Shown piece by piece: positions 29,801 to 40,199 of a DNA stretch of 64,000 nt (position 1 is the stretch's first letter; every line of letters starts with the position of its first letter). A model generated the notes under the pieces. It was given only the letters and a program-made list of their open reading frames with translations, ran no database searches and was not told the DNA's origin. The DNA is from Verrucomicrobiia bacterium (lineage in GTDB: Bacteria > Patescibacteriota > Saccharimonadia > Saccharimonadales > JAGQNK01): positions 84,514 through 148,513 of the forward strand of contig DATHJY010000011.1 in assembly GCA_035489575.1 (NCBI GenBank). Reading direction: 5' to 3'. The position numbers and the translations under genes are program-made.

Positions 29801-30698
29801 CCAAGGCTTGCCTCGCGTCGAAGAGCTGTTCGAAGTTCGCGCACCAAAGGGTCAGGCCTATCTGGCTGACATTGGTGGCATCACCAACACCTGGGAAGAG
29901 GGCGACCACTACGTTGTTCAGCTGACCGCCGACGATGCCGAACGTGTCGAGCTCCGCCTAGGCGAACGTAAAGCCCGTGTGGGCAGCGGAACCGATGTTG
30001 CTATCGGCGATGTCATTGCCTCACTCGAAGACAGCTCAGAGCCCATTACTGCACCAATCGCCGGCAAGGCAGAAGTTGCCAAGACCAAGATTGTAATTGT
30101 TCCAAGCAACCAAAGCGTCATGCGCTATGAAATCCCCGGCTTCAAGCAGCTAGTTGTCAAAGACGGCGACAAAGTAGTAGCCGGCCAGCGCCTGACCAAC
30201 GGTTCAATCAATCTGCACGAGCTCATGCGCCTGCAAGGTGTAGAAGCGACTCAGCGCTACATCATGAACGAAATCCTGCGCATCTTTGCCTCACAGGGCC
30301 AGAACATTGCTGACAAGCACCTAGAAATCATCGTGCGCCAGATGTTCAGCCGTGTACAGATCGAAGAAGCTGGTGACACCGAATTCGTAACTGGTGACGT
30401 CGTATCCAAGCTCGCTGCCGTACAAGCCAACGAAAGGCTCGTTAAGAAAAAGAAGCAGCCCGCCAAGTTCATCCAACTGCTCTTGGGTATCACCAAGGCC
30501 AGCCTGTCCACCGACTCATTCCTGAGCGCCGCTTCCTTCCAAGACACCACACGCGTCCTCATCGCTGCTGCTACCAGCGGCAAAATCGACCGCCTGTATG
30601 GCCTGAAGGAGAACGTTATCCTAGGTCGCCGCATCCCTGTGGGTACCGGCTACAACGCCGAGAAGCGAACCCGAGCCACCCAAGACGATGATCTCTAG
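26886..30698 (+). CDS. rpoC: DNA-directed RNA polymerase subunit beta'
   Basis: ORF 26844..30698. Start at the ATG after SD GAAGGAGG (MRRYSYGTNIADFD...). NADFDGD catalytic motif present. Confidence 0.95.
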   Translation: MRRYSYGTNIADFDAVRLAVASPEDILDWSYGEVTKPETINYRTQKPERDGLFCERIFGPVKDINPHDAKYKGVRSREAAVDKNGEIVTKSIVRRERMGHINLAAPVAHIWFLRGTPSAIGLLLGMTVKNLERIVYFASYVIKSVDIAKRDQYLVDKEAEFSAAKEAIKVRYEKEAEKEDANVKALAEMQTKELDEVTTEFEQLKTQLTGLEKYSLINETDYRSLPDELQDMITVGMGGASLRDLLVEIELTKLIQELTAEAEDAKGQRKKKLMKRLRLLESMERAGIKPSSMCVSVLPVIPPDLRPMVQLTGGRFATSDLNDLYRRVINRNNRLKKLIELNAPEVIRRNEQRMLQEAVDALIDNNNARSGRAVAATGQRRRLKSLSDMLKGKQGRFRQNLLGKRVDYSGRSVIVAGPELKIFECGLPKMMALELFKPFVIGYLIQNEHAHNIRSATRMIETGEIEVWDALDEVIKGKYVLLNRAPSLHRLSIQAFQPRLIEGKAIQLHPLVCKGFNADFDGDQMAVHLPLSDGAQEEARTIMASNMNLLKPADGSPILHIEQDIVLGCYYLTYDRPGTSKKVANFTGIEEAIMARDAGVITLQSRVHVSFRGEMRDTTLGRLFFNEIFPDDFPFQDEAMTKKKLNNVLALAYQKYGQAKTAAIADDLKDLGFEFATMSGLSMGMSDFSDLKGLDELLAQGEKTAAKVSEQYEQGFITDEERYRLTVETWTETDAKVQKALTEQFATEDSSMSIAVVSGARGNIGQVKTAVGMLGLMVDATGRAIELPIRSNYKGGLTPLEYFTATRGARKGMIDTALKTADSGYLTRRLVDVSQDVFTIDEATSDDDPGFAQFRSDAAEIGVNYAVRLEGRFAAEKIPKLLKRGDLITTELAKTIDEDESIDGVKIMSALSSTSVLGVPQKSYGLDPATGELVANHHPVGVIAAQSIGEPGTQLTLRTFHSGGSAVADDITQGLPRVEELFEVRAPKGQAYLADIGGITNTWEEGDHYVVQLTADDAERVELRLGERKARVGSGTDVAIGDVIASLEDSSEPITAPIAGKAEVAKTKIVIVPSNQSVMRYEIPGFKQLVVKDGDKVVAGQRLTNGSINLHELMRLQGVEATQRYIMNEILRIFASQGQNIADKHLEIIVRQMFSRVQIEEAGDTEFVTGDVVSKLAAVQANERLVKKKKQPAKFIQLLLGITKASLSTDSFLSAASFQDTTRVLIAAATSGKIDRLYGLKENVILGRRIPVGTGYNAEKRTRATQDDDL

Positions 30699-30806
30699 GC
30701 CTTGAAAGTACCGAGTAAATCTGTTAAAATTACATTACAAACCTAAGTGATCCGAGCTGTACGCGGCATACGTATACTGCGGTAGATCACATCTCTAAGG
30801 AGAGAT

Positions 30807-31220
30807 ATGCCAACAATTAATCAGTTAGTGCGCAAACCGCGCAAGGCTAAGACATCCAAGTCTAAGTCACCACACCTGCAACGTGTGGTCAACAACCTGA
30901 AGACCACCAACTACGAAAAGCCCGCCCCATTCAAACGCGGTGTCTGTGTCAAGGTAACCACCAAGACCCCTAAAAAGCCTAACTCTGCGCTTCGCAAAGT
31001 TGCCCGCGTTCGTCTGAACAACGGCTATGAAGTCTGGGCTTACATTGGCGGCGAAGGCCACAACCTACAAGAACACGCCGTAGTCATGGTTCGTGGTGGT
31101 CGCGTACCGGACCTTCCCGGTGTTCGTTACCACATTGTCCGCGGAACCCTAGACCTCCAGGGTGTCCAAAACCGCAAGAATGGCCGCAGCAAGTACGGCA
31201 CCAAGAAGGAGAGCAAGTAA
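30807..31220 (+). CDS. rpsL: 30S ribosomal protein uS12
   Basis: 137 aa; [13 protein letters not shown]. Confidence 0.97.
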   Translation: MPTINQLVRKPRKAKTSKSKSPHLQRVVNNLKTTNYEKPAPFKRGVCVKVTTKTPKKPNSALRKVARVRLNNGYEVWAYIGGEGHNLQEHAVVMVRGGRVPDLPGVRYHIVRGTLDLQGVQNRKNGRSKYGTKKESK

Positions 31221-31369
31221 TGTCTTTCGCAGCCTTAAGGGAAAAGAGCAGCCAGAACGCGGATTCATTCCGCGTCCTGCGCGATGAAACGGGGTCCCCG
31301 CAAAACCTGTTTTGTGGGGTACAGAAAAACCGCAAGGTTTGTCTCATTACTCCGAAGGAGAGCAAGTAA
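31220..31369 (+). CDS. Mini-ORF 1 of the junction element (49 aa: [49 protein letters not shown])
   Basis: The ATG overlaps the rpsL stop (TAATG). The frame stays open to TAA at 31367-31369, 1 nt before the rpsG ATG. Too short for the ORF track. Confidence 0.45.
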   Translation: MSFAALREKSSQNADSFRVLRDETGSPQNLFCGVQKNRKVCLITPKESK

Positions 31370-31370
31370 G
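31221..31370 (+). repeat. Junction-insertion element copy 1 (core 31238-31347, carrying a nested 36-nt hairpin insertion)
   Basis: Shares the core AGGGAAAAGAGCAGCC...GATGA..GAAAAACCGCAAGGTTTGTCTCAT with three other copies. Flanked by a perfect 16-bp direct repeat, GAAGGAGAGCAAGTAA (31205-31220 and 31354-31369). Confidence 0.85.
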
Positions 31371-31850
31371 ATGCCTCGTAAAGTTACCAAATCACTCGTT
31401 CGTCCTATCAACCCAGACCGTCTATACAACGACGTTATGGTCCAGCGCCTGATCAACCGTGTCATGCTGAATGGTAAAAAGCAATTGGCCGAGCGCCTGG
31501 TATATAACGGCATGCAAGAAGCAGCCGACACTCTCAAGGTCAAAAACCCTGTAGAGGTGTTTACCCAAGCTATGCAAAATGTTCGCCCCTCCATGGAGAC
31601 TCGTTCTCGTCGCGTAGGTGGTGCCAACTACCAGATTCCTTTCGAGGTTAAAGGTCAGCGCCAAAACCACCTGACTATGATGTGGTTCGTAGCCGCAGCC
31701 CGTGCCCGCAAAGGCATGAGCATGCAGAAGCGTCTCGCTCTAGAACTCGTTGACGCCTACAACAGCACCGGCGCAGCCGTTAAGAAAAAAGAAGACACCC
31801 ACAAAATGGCCGAGGCCAACCGCGCCTTTGCCCACTTTGCGCGGAGCTAA
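31371..31850 (+). CDS. rpsG: 30S ribosomal protein uS7
   Basis: ORF 31284..31850, trimmed to MPRKVTKSLVRPINPD... after SD GAAGGAG. Confidence 0.95.
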   Translation: MPRKVTKSLVRPINPDRLYNDVMVQRLINRVMLNGKKQLAERLVYNGMQEAADTLKVKNPVEVFTQAMQNVRPSMETRSRRVGGANYQIPFEVKGQRQNHLTMMWFVAAARARKGMSMQKRLALELVDAYNSTGAAVKKKEDTHKMAEANRAFAHFARS

Positions 31851-31851
31851 C

Positions 31852-32406
31852 ATGTCCGCAGAAGTTCGCACCGGAAAAAGTGTCGTCATAGATCAGCACA
31901 TTGGGCGGCCAGCTGGCAAGCGAGTGTCGCGCCGCCGTGCCTCCTTTGAAGATATTCACGCACACCTAGGTATCAGCCAGCCCGAAAGGAATCGGCTTGG
32001 TGGCCTTATTCAGCCCGGCGACGAATTTCTGCTATTCCTAAATGTAGGTCGCACTCGCAGGCGTACACCACCCGTCATGGGAGTGGGCGTTATCTTACGT
32101 GACCACCTGCAGGAAGGTGACGTAATCTTTAGTGGTGAAATCAAAGTGCCAAAATTAGGTGACCCCACCGAAGAACCAGAAACAAGGCAAGGCACCTTTC
32201 ATTTTGACCCAGAAATGGTAGATAGACTGAGTCGGGACGATTACACCAACGTACCGCTCGCCGCTCGCGGAGCGGCCGACCTCATTGCCACCCGTGTATT
32301 TCATCTCGACCCAGTAGATACCGAATTAGAAACAACGTATGACGCACTCCGAGCCAACGTAGAACCCATGAGCTGGGTCAATTTTCATGAGAGAGTATGG
32401 CCGTGA
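31852..32406 (+). CDS. Hypothetical protein inserted between rpsG and fusA
   Basis: ATG 1 nt after the rpsG stop (GGAGctaacATG). 184 aa (MSAEVRTGKSVVIDQH...) with no recognised domain. Confidence 0.55.
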   Translation: MSAEVRTGKSVVIDQHIGRPAGKRVSRRRASFEDIHAHLGISQPERNRLGGLIQPGDEFLLFLNVGRTRRRTPPVMGVGVILRDHLQEGDVIFSGEIKVPKLGDPTEEPETRQGTFHFDPEMVDRLSRDDYTNVPLAARGAADLIATRVFHLDPVDTELETTYDALRANVEPMSWVNFHERVWP

Positions 32407-32440
32407 AACAAAAGAACATAACGCTTAAGATAGGATAATT

Positions 32441-34528
32441 ATGGCAGCAAAAAAATACCCACTCGATAAGCTCCGCAACATTGGCATTATTGCTCATATT
32501 GACGCCGGCAAAACAACTACAACCGAAGGTATTCTGTACCGCACGGGGCTTAAGCACAAAATTGGTGCCGTTCATGAGGGCGAAACCACCACAGACTGGA
32601 TGGCTCAAGAGCGCGAGCGTGGTATTACTATTGTGTCTGCTGCCGTTACTTGCTACTGGAGAGATCACCAGATCAATATCATCGATACCCCGGGACACAT
32701 CGACTTTACCGTCGAGGTAGAACGTTCGTTGCGCGTTCTAGACGGTGCAGTTGTTGTCTTTGACGGCAAGATGGGCGTGGAATCTCAGTCAGAAACTGTC
32801 TGGCGCCAGGCTACCAAGTACGGTGTGCCTCGTGTCTGCTTTATCAACAAGATCAACCAAACTGGTGGCGATTTCTACAAATCACTCGACACCATTCATG
32901 CCCGCCTGAGCAAGCGCGCATTTCCCATCCACCTGCCTATCGGCTTTGAACAGTCTATTAACGGCATTATAGACCTGGTCAGTCAAAAGGCGTACACCTA
33001 CAAAGAATTCACCGACAAAGAACTTGTAGAAACCGAAGTCCCTGAAGACATGAAAGACAAGGTTGCCAAGTACCGCAGCCTCCTCATCGAAAACGCTGTC
33101 GCCGAAGACGAAGCCATACTCGAGAAGTTCTTCGAGGTTGGCGAAGAAGGTCTGAGTGAAGCTGATGTTAGGCAAGCTATCCGCACAGCCACGCTGGCGG
33201 GTGACTTTTATCCCGTCACTGGTGGCGACGGCCGTGGTGTTATCGTAGAAAAAGTCCTCGATATGGTGGTAGATATTTTGCCATCACCCCTCGACCGTGG
33301 CTCAACCTGGGGCACCCACCCCAAAACTGGTGACGAAATCGAGCGCAAGCCCGATGCTGACCAGCCCATGGCTGGTCTGGCGTTCAAGATCACCACCGAC
33401 CCATTTGTGGGTAAACTCGCTTACTTCCGTGTTTATTCCGGCAAGCTGATCGCTGGCTCTTACATACTGAACACTTCTACCGGCGAGAAAGAACGCGTAG
33501 GCCGCATCGTTCGTATGCAGGCCGACAAACGCGAAGACGTTACCGAAGTAGAAGCCGGTGACATTGCCGCTATCGTGGGCCTCAAGGGCACCACAACGGG
33601 TCACACCCTGGCAGATCCCAATAACCCAATCGTTCTCGAGAGCATCACCTTCCCAGAACCTCCCGTGTCTATCGCCATAGAGCCCAAGACCAAGTCTGAC
33701 CAAGAAAAGATGAGCCTAGCCCTACAGCGCCTGGCAGAAGAAGACCCCACTTTCCGTATCAGAGTAGACGACGAGACCGGCCAGACTATCATCTCCGGCA
33801 TGGGCGAGCTGCATCTGGAGATCCTAGTAGACCGCATGAAGCGCGAATTCTCCGTAGAGGCCAACATTGGTGCGCCACAAGTTGCCTACCGCGAAACCAT
33901 TCGCAAAGACGCCGTCGAGGCAGAGGGCAAGTTTATCCGCCAGAGTGGTGGTCGCGGGCAATACGGTCATGTATGGCTACGCCTCAGCCAGAACGAGGCC
34001 GGCAAAGGCTTTGAGTTCATCAACTCCATCAAGGGTGGTATTGTTCCCAATGAATACATCAAGCCCGTCCAAGAAGGTATCAAAGAAGCCATGAACAACG
34101 GCGTTATTGCCGGCTACCCCATGGTAGATATCAAGGCTGAGCTTTACGACGGCAGCTACCACGATGTTGACTCCAACGAAATGGCCTTCAAGATCGCCGG
34201 CAGTATGGGCCTCCAAGAAGGTGCCAAAAAAGCCAATCCCGTACTCCTAGAACCTGTCATGAAGGTCGTAGTCGTCACCCCTGAAGAATTCATGGGTGAC
34301 GTTATCGGAGACCTCAACAGCAAACGCGGACGCATAGAGTCCATGGAAGATCTCAGCGCCGGCATCAAAGAAATCACTGCATTTGTACCACTTGGCGAAA
34401 TGTTTGGTTACACTACCAACCTCCGCAGCAATACCCAAGGTCGCGCTAGTTCCAGCATGGAATTGGATCATTACGCTGACGTGCCAAGCCACGTAGCAGA
34501 AGCAATCGTTGCCAAAGCAGGGAAGTAA
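32441..34528 (+). CDS. fusA: Elongation factor G
   Basis: 695 aa; AHIDAGKTTTTE, DTPGHIDF. Confidence 0.97.
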   Translation: MAAKKYPLDKLRNIGIIAHIDAGKTTTTEGILYRTGLKHKIGAVHEGETTTDWMAQERERGITIVSAAVTCYWRDHQINIIDTPGHIDFTVEVERSLRVLDGAVVVFDGKMGVESQSETVWRQATKYGVPRVCFINKINQTGGDFYKSLDTIHARLSKRAFPIHLPIGFEQSINGIIDLVSQKAYTYKEFTDKELVETEVPEDMKDKVAKYRSLLIENAVAEDEAILEKFFEVGEEGLSEADVRQAIRTATLAGDFYPVTGGDGRGVIVEKVLDMVVDILPSPLDRGSTWGTHPKTGDEIERKPDADQPMAGLAFKITTDPFVGKLAYFRVYSGKLIAGSYILNTSTGEKERVGRIVRMQADKREDVTEVEAGDIAAIVGLKGTTTGHTLADPNNPIVLESITFPEPPVSIAIEPKTKSDQEKMSLALQRLAEEDPTFRIRVDDETGQTIISGMGELHLEILVDRMKREFSVEANIGAPQVAYRETIRKDAVEAEGKFIRQSGGRGQYGHVWLRLSQNEAGKGFEFINSIKGGIVPNEYIKPVQEGIKEAMNNGVIAGYPMVDIKAELYDGSYHDVDSNEMAFKIAGSMGLQEGAKKANPVLLEPVMKVVVVTPEEFMGDVIGDLNSKRGRIESMEDLSAGIKEITAFVPLGEMFGYTTNLRSNTQGRASSSMELDHYADVPSHVAEAIVAKAGK

Positions 34529-34530
34529 CC

Positions 34531-34761
34531 ATGGAATTTCCTGGACAAAGAGCGGCCGAAAGGCTCACAGATGCCATAAAAGAGCGAGCCCGGCAATGGT
34601 TCGTTAGGCTAGGCGACCAAGTGTTTGAAGCTATGATGGTTCCACCAAAAGACGACAACGAAATCGTGCCACAAGACCTGGCAGCGGCTGACGTGTGCCC
34701 TGACGAACCAGCCCCTCCAGAGGAAACACGCCGACCCGACCAACTCGCCAGCCGTTCGTAG
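34531..34761 (+). CDS. Small hypothetical ORF coupled to the fusA stop
   Basis: GGGAAGtaaccATG; 76 aa with an acidic, Pro-rich C-terminus. An antisense ORF of similar size also exists. Confidence 0.35.
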   Translation: MEFPGQRAAERLTDAIKERARQWFVRLGDQVFEAMMVPPKDDNEIVPQDLAAADVCPDEPAPPEETRRPDQLASRS

Positions 34762-34918
34762 GGGTAACTATCAAAATTCCAATCCACCCCGTTAGCACCT
34801 GCCCAAAGAGTCGCCCAAGCCTCTTTACAACTGGGGCGATATCAGATAAGATTATCCGGTAACTCGTGTGAGTTATCTATGCTCATGCAACTAATTAATT
34901 TTAAGGAGATCTACCTCT

Positions 34919-36103
<1,185 letters not shown>

Positions 36104-36152
36104 GTATCTCGCCCATTTGTCAGGGCGCATCGCGGGCAAAAACCTGCGACAG

Positions 36153-36187
36153 AAAAAGGAGCAGTACCATTTGTACAGCTCCTTTTT
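36153..36187 (+). terminator. Intrinsic terminator after tuf
   Basis: aaaaaggagc ... gctccttttt (10-bp stem, inner gtac/gtac). A-tract before and T-tract after, so potentially bidirectional. Confidence 0.65.
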
Positions 36188-36314
36188 CGTGCTCGGCCTT
36201 TGCTCCACGCTGCACTCCTGAAAATGCCCGAGCCATAGCGACTCACCCCAAAGATCCCTCAGCCAGAGAGAGTTTTCTTTTTGGTACATGCTTGGCGTAG
36301 AATTATTACATACT

Positions 36315-36734
36315 ATGAACGAAACCGGCGAAACGTCTGATAGCCCCGACCTCCTAGAGGTCAGTCCGCTCCCTATTCGCCGCAGGATTAGGCGCGCGCT
36401 GAGAGGTTCGGTGGAATTCTGCCCTCCTTGTCCCGCCAAAGGCTCGTGTGCGGGCAAAGTCACACCCCAGGTAGGAATTAGGCGGGCAAAAAACTCGTAT
36501 GACACCCCAGTAATACTTGCCGAGGTGATATTCACGGATAGAGATGGACTACGTAGTAAACCTAAAGTTGCTGGCATAGATCGGTTTGATGACGCCAAGT
36601 CCGAAGAGTTAGCATACCGACTCGAAAACCGAGTAGGTCGTTGTAACGGCCCCGCCGACGCTAACTGCCCAGCGCTTACCAACGACGCCATAAAACACTT
36701 AGCCGCAACCGTTATGGGTGACATAGACCAGTAG
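36315..36734 (+). CDS. Hypothetical Cys-containing protein between tuf and rpsJ
   Basis: Part of ORF 36288..36734 (MNETGETSD...CPPCPAKGSC...). No SD and an uncertain start. The opposite-strand 239-aa ORF was rejected. Confidence 0.35.
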   Translation: MNETGETSDSPDLLEVSPLPIRRRIRRALRGSVEFCPPCPAKGSCAGKVTPQVGIRRAKNSYDTPVILAEVIFTDRDGLRSKPKVAGIDRFDDAKSEELAYRLENRVGRCNGPADANCPALTNDAIKHLAATVMGDIDQ

Positions 36735-36860
36735 GCACCTTCCATTTCCGGCATAAATGTTGTAAAATCATATCTATAAACTAATTGTGATGACTAAAAG
36801 TCGTTGTGCATGCTCTCTTATAGCAGTTCAAAGATGTTACATCACCAAGGAGATAGTTCT

Positions 36861-37226
36861 ATGGCTGAAGCCAAGAAACCAGCAGCAAAGACTGCTGCTA
36901 AAAAAACCGAAGCACCCGCTGGCAAACAACGTATTCGTATTCGCCTAAAGGCCTACGACCATAAAGTAATCGACCAATCTGCCAAGCAGATCGTTGACAC
37001 CGCCCTGCGTACCGGCGCCACCATTGCCGGCCCGATCCCACTGCCTACCAAGAAGACGCTTTACACCGTTGTCAAAAGCCCGCACGTCTACAAAAAAGGA
37101 CGTGAGCAATTCGAGATGCGCGTACACAAACGCCTTATCGACGTCCTAGAGCCCACCCCCAAGACCATCGACAGCCTCATGAACTTGAGCCTGCCAGCTG
37201 GTTGCGACGCCGAAATTAAGATGTAA
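36861..37226 (+). CDS. rpsJ: 30S ribosomal protein uS10 (with Lys/Ala-rich N-terminal extension)
   Basis: ORF 36804..37226, trimmed to the ATG after [24 protein letters not shown]. Confidence 0.92.
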   Translation: MAEAKKPAAKTAAKKTEAPAGKQRIRIRLKAYDHKVIDQSAKQIVDTALRTGATIAGPIPLPTKKTLYTVVKSPHVYKKGREQFEMRVHKRLIDVLEPTPKTIDSLMNLSLPAGCDAEIKM

Positions 37227-37263
37227 CATTCGTTGCATAAATAGTTATTTTATGCTATAATAT

Positions 37264-37292
37264 GTACCTCTGTGAATAGCAGAGGTACTTTT
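37264..37292 (+). terminator. Intrinsic terminator directly after rpsJ
   Basis: gtacctctg tgaatag cagaggtac followed by tttt. It separates rpsJ from rplC. Confidence 0.6.
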
Positions 37293-37321
37293 ATATGTCA
37301 GTACCAGAGAAGGGTGTTTGA

Positions 37322-37368
37322 TGCGAGGAGCAAGTCTTGCCGTTTGGCAGCAAGGCTTGCTCCTCGCA
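37322..37368 (+). other. Perfect 13-bp stem hairpin upstream of the high-GC ORF
   Basis: tgcgaggagcaag ... cttgctcctcgca with a structured 21-nt loop. It lies 42 nt before the GTG start at 37411. Confidence 0.5.
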
Positions 37369-37410
37369 TCGACCGCAACTTGTCCCATTCGACCAGACCA
37401 AGGAGGCCTT

Positions 37411-38040
37411 GTGCCTGCTACCTCCACCGTCCCCGACAGCGGTGAACTCCTGGACGGAGACTTCTGCTACGAACTCGTCCGACCGGGCTGCTACAACGTC
37501 TACAGCAACAACGCGGAGCTAGACCTCGGCAAGCTCTTCCCCCAAGGCTTCCACGGTGAAGTCAATCTTGGCATGGAAGGTGTGCACTGGGCAATCGGCG
37601 TCAAGCGTGAAGCTCGAAACCCGGCCCACCTCTGTGCCCAGATCCTGCCGGCTCACCGAGGCACCAGCATGCAGATCCTGACCAACGCCGCACGCGTCCT
37701 GCGCGAAGCGTTCTGGCCGACCGACCTCCCAGATCACACCCCCGTCCGGGCGACGAACGTTGCCGACCACAGGCGTGTGCCGCTGAACCTCGGCGAGGTC
37801 CAAGTGGGCATGAAGGTCTGCACCCGCGGCAGCATCCAAGTGCACGGCATCGTGGCCGAGATCGGACACGATGACGATGGCCGAGACGCCGTGTGCCTCT
37901 CCAGATCACCGTACATCGCCCACTTCGAGGACCCCCAGGGACGCAGGTGGTATTATGCCGACCTAATGGGGCTTGTCCCACGCCACGCCGGCACCAACCG
38001 TGCCCACTGGGACCCTCGCAGCTACACCCTTCCGGACTGA
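37411..38040 (+). CDS. High-GC hypothetical protein, family member 1 (shared C-terminal motif)
   Basis: Start is aAGGAGGccttGTG. Codon third positions are mostly G/C. C-terminus: YADLMGLVPRHAGTNRAHWDPRSYTLPD. The ORF-track start at 37318 would read through the upstream hairpin. Confidence 0.6.
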   Translation: MPATSTVPDSGELLDGDFCYELVRPGCYNVYSNNAELDLGKLFPQGFHGEVNLGMEGVHWAIGVKREARNPAHLCAQILPAHRGTSMQILTNAARVLREAFWPTDLPDHTPVRATNVADHRRVPLNLGEVQVGMKVCTRGSIQVHGIVAEIGHDDDGRDAVCLSRSPYIAHFEDPQGRRWYYADLMGLVPRHAGTNRAHWDPRSYTLPD

Positions 38041-38047
38041 CAGCGTG

Positions 38048-38092
38048 TCATCATGGTGGCCATCCACACCCTGGCTCTGGCCACCATGATGA
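38048..38092 (+). repeat. Conserved palindrome H1 (TCATCATGGTGGCCA / TGGCCACCATGATGA)
   Basis: 15-bp perfect stem with a 15-nt loop, starting 7 nt after the stop of 37411-38040. Confidence 0.8.
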
Positions 38093-38130
38093 CACAACAA
38101 TTTACTTATATGATCATGTACAATACGCTT

Positions 38131-38403
38131 ATGGCCTCAAAAACAAAAAAGAAACAAACCTCACAGGAATTAGACAGCATTTATATCCTCAAACTTGTGG
38201 TGTATCTGGTGCTTGGGTCGCTCTGGCTCAAAATAACCGACGGGCAAGACACTCAGATACCTATTCCTATCGGCTTTTTCATCGGCCTGGTATTTGCCAG
38301 TCATGACCACATTCAGCTGGATCGCAAGATTGGGTATGCCGTACTGCTCGTGGCCATGCTCATTGGCTTTTGGGCACCGTTTGGCGTCTACGTTGCCACA
38401 TAA
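38131..38403 (+). CDS. Small membrane protein
   Basis: Part of ORF 38053..38403. Start placed after the palindrome (MASKTKKKQTSQ...). Two or three hydrophobic helices. Start uncertain. Confidence 0.45.
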   Translation: MASKTKKKQTSQELDSIYILKLVVYLVLGSLWLKITDGQDTQIPIPIGFFIGLVFASHDHIQLDRKIGYAVLLVAMLIGFWAPFGVYVAT

Positions 38404-38597
38404 TTCGTAGTGGAATTATCAACACATTGACAGAGGTTAGCAAACTATGCTAATCTGTAGCGGTATATCAAAAGTTCCCGGACTTGGTGAGTGGCATAGG
38501 TCTGCCCCTAACAGAGGTAGAAACCAGCCAACACCAAGCGTTTTTGTGTCACGCATTCGTGACACTTAAGGGAATTAAATAACAAGTAAGGTTTGCT

Positions 38598-39212
38598 ATG
38601 AAAGCTCTTATCACCAGAAAGGTTGGCATGACCAGTACCATCGCAGAAGATGGCGTAGTTCAAGCCGTTACCTTGCTTTCCGCTAGTCCCTGTGTCATTA
38701 CGCAGGTGAAGACCGAGGAAACTGACGGCTATACAGCTGTTCAGCTCGGCACCGAAGAAAACAAAGCCATGGGCAAGGCCCAGGCTGGTCACTTCAAACC
38801 ATCAAAGGTACAGCCAAAGCTCGTGCGCGAATTCCGCATTGCAGAGGTTGATGAAAGTATCAAAGTCGGCGAGAGCATCTCGGCCGACATTTTTGAAGTT
38901 GGGGACATCGTAACTGTCACCGGCACCAGCAAAGGTAAAGGCTGGGCTGGTACCATCAAGCGTCACAACTTTCATCGGCAGCGCAAAACACACGGTGGCA
39001 AAGGCGATACCCGCAAGCCCGGTTCTATTGGCTCTATGTATCCGCAGCACATCCTGAAAGGCAAGAAAATGGCCGGACAGATGGGCGCAGAGCAAGTAAC
39101 TGTTCAGAATTTGCGGGTTGCTTTGGTAGACACCGACCTTGGTGTTATTGGTGTAACCGGCGCTGTTCCAGGCCCACGCAAGGGCATTGTCCTTATCAAG
39201 GAGGCAAAATAA
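38598..39212 (+). CDS. rplC: 50S ribosomal protein uL3
   Basis: 204 aa; KGKGWAGTIKRHNF. Confidence 0.95.
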   Translation: MKALITRKVGMTSTIAEDGVVQAVTLLSASPCVITQVKTEETDGYTAVQLGTEENKAMGKAQAGHFKPSKVQPKLVREFRIAEVDESIKVGESISADIFEVGDIVTVTGTSKGKGWAGTIKRHNFHRQRKTHGGKGDTRKPGSIGSMYPQHILKGKKMAGQMGAEQVTVQNLRVALVDTDLGVIGVTGAVPGPRKGIVLIKEAK

Positions 39213-39213
39213 G

Positions 39214-39852
39214 ATGGCTGTACCTACTTATACAAAAGCCGGTGCCAAGGCTTCTACTCCAGCCAAGCTCGACAAGGCTGTCTTTTCAGTGATGCCAGAG
39301 AACCATGAGCTCATTCAAGTAGCTTATGTAGCATACTTGGCAAACGGCCGCGGGAACTTGGCACAGACAAAGACTCGCGGTCTTGTTAGTGGTGGTGGTA
39401 AGAAACCATGGAAACAAAAGGGTACTGGCCGGGCTCGTTTTGGCTCAAGCCGTAACCCTATTTGGCGCGGTGGTGGTATCGCCTTTGGTCCTACTGGCCA
39501 AGAAAACTACAAGCAAAAACTGCATGTTACAGCAAAGCGTCTGGCCATCCGCCAGGCTCTCAGCCTGAAAGCAGATACCAGCGCTATTAAAGTTATCGAG
39601 ACTTTTGAGTGTAAGGATGGCACTGTTAAGCCAACCATCAAACTCCTGGAGAGGATCGAAGCAAAGGGCAATACCCTGATTGTCGTAAGCAATAAGGACA
39701 CCTTGGTCGAGCGCGCAACACGCAACCTCCAGAACGTCAAAGCTATACACGCCAAGTACCTGAATGTCTATGATGTCATAAACGCTGACACCATTGTAGT
39801 GAGCAAGAAAGCCCTCGACATCGTCCATGAGTGGCTGGGAGGTGATAAGTAA
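39214..39852 (+). CDS. rplD: 50S ribosomal protein uL4
   Basis: ORF 39187..39852, trimmed to the ATG after AAGGAGG. GTGRARFGS motif. Confidence 0.93.
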   Translation: MAVPTYTKAGAKASTPAKLDKAVFSVMPENHELIQVAYVAYLANGRGNLAQTKTRGLVSGGGKKPWKQKGTGRARFGSSRNPIWRGGGIAFGPTGQENYKQKLHVTAKRLAIRQALSLKADTSAIKVIETFECKDGTVKPTIKLLERIEAKGNTLIVVSNKDTLVERATRNLQNVKAIHAKYLNVYDVINADTIVVSKKALDIVHEWLGGDK

Positions 39853-40199
39853 TGGATAAGACTATGATTCTAAAACCTCGCATCAGCGAGAAAGCTTATG
39901 CCATGAGCCAAGACGGCAAAAGCGTCTACGTATTCGTAGTACCCAAAGAAACCAGCAAGCAAGCAATTGCTTCAGCTGTGGCTACTCAGTATGGCGTAAC
40001 CGTTACTGCCGTTAATACAACCGTCACTAAAGGCAAGGCAAAACGAACCGTCCGCAAGGGTGGTCGTGCTATTGCCGGCCGCACCAACACCATCAAGAAG
40101 GCCTACGTCACCCTGAAAACGGGCGACTCTATTGCCATCTTCAAGGCTACTGAAGACGAGAAGCCAGCTGCCAAGGCTGCCAAAAAGGAGAAGAAATAA
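39852..40199 (+). CDS. rplW: 50S ribosomal protein uL23
   Basis: 115 aa. TAATG-coupled to rplD. Operon position and sequence fit. Confidence 0.9.
   Translation: MDKTMILKPRISEKAYAMSQDGKSVYVFVVPKETSKQAIASAVATQYGVTVTAVNTTVTKGKAKRTVRKGGRAIAGRTNTIKKAYVTLKTGDSIAIFKATEDEKPAAKAAKKEKK

Noticed and set aside
37318-37410. N-terminal extension of the high-GC ORF (ATG at 37318)
   Set aside because: It would be encoded by the perfect hairpin at 37322-37368 and is AT/GC-atypical. An AAGGAGG-GTG start at 37411 fits better.
38078-38092. C/D-box-like ATGATGA in the conserved palindromes
   Set aside because: The sequence is simply the 3' arm of a perfect stem (the complement of TCATCAT). No D box (CTGA) is suitably placed, and C/D sRNAs are not a bacterial feature.
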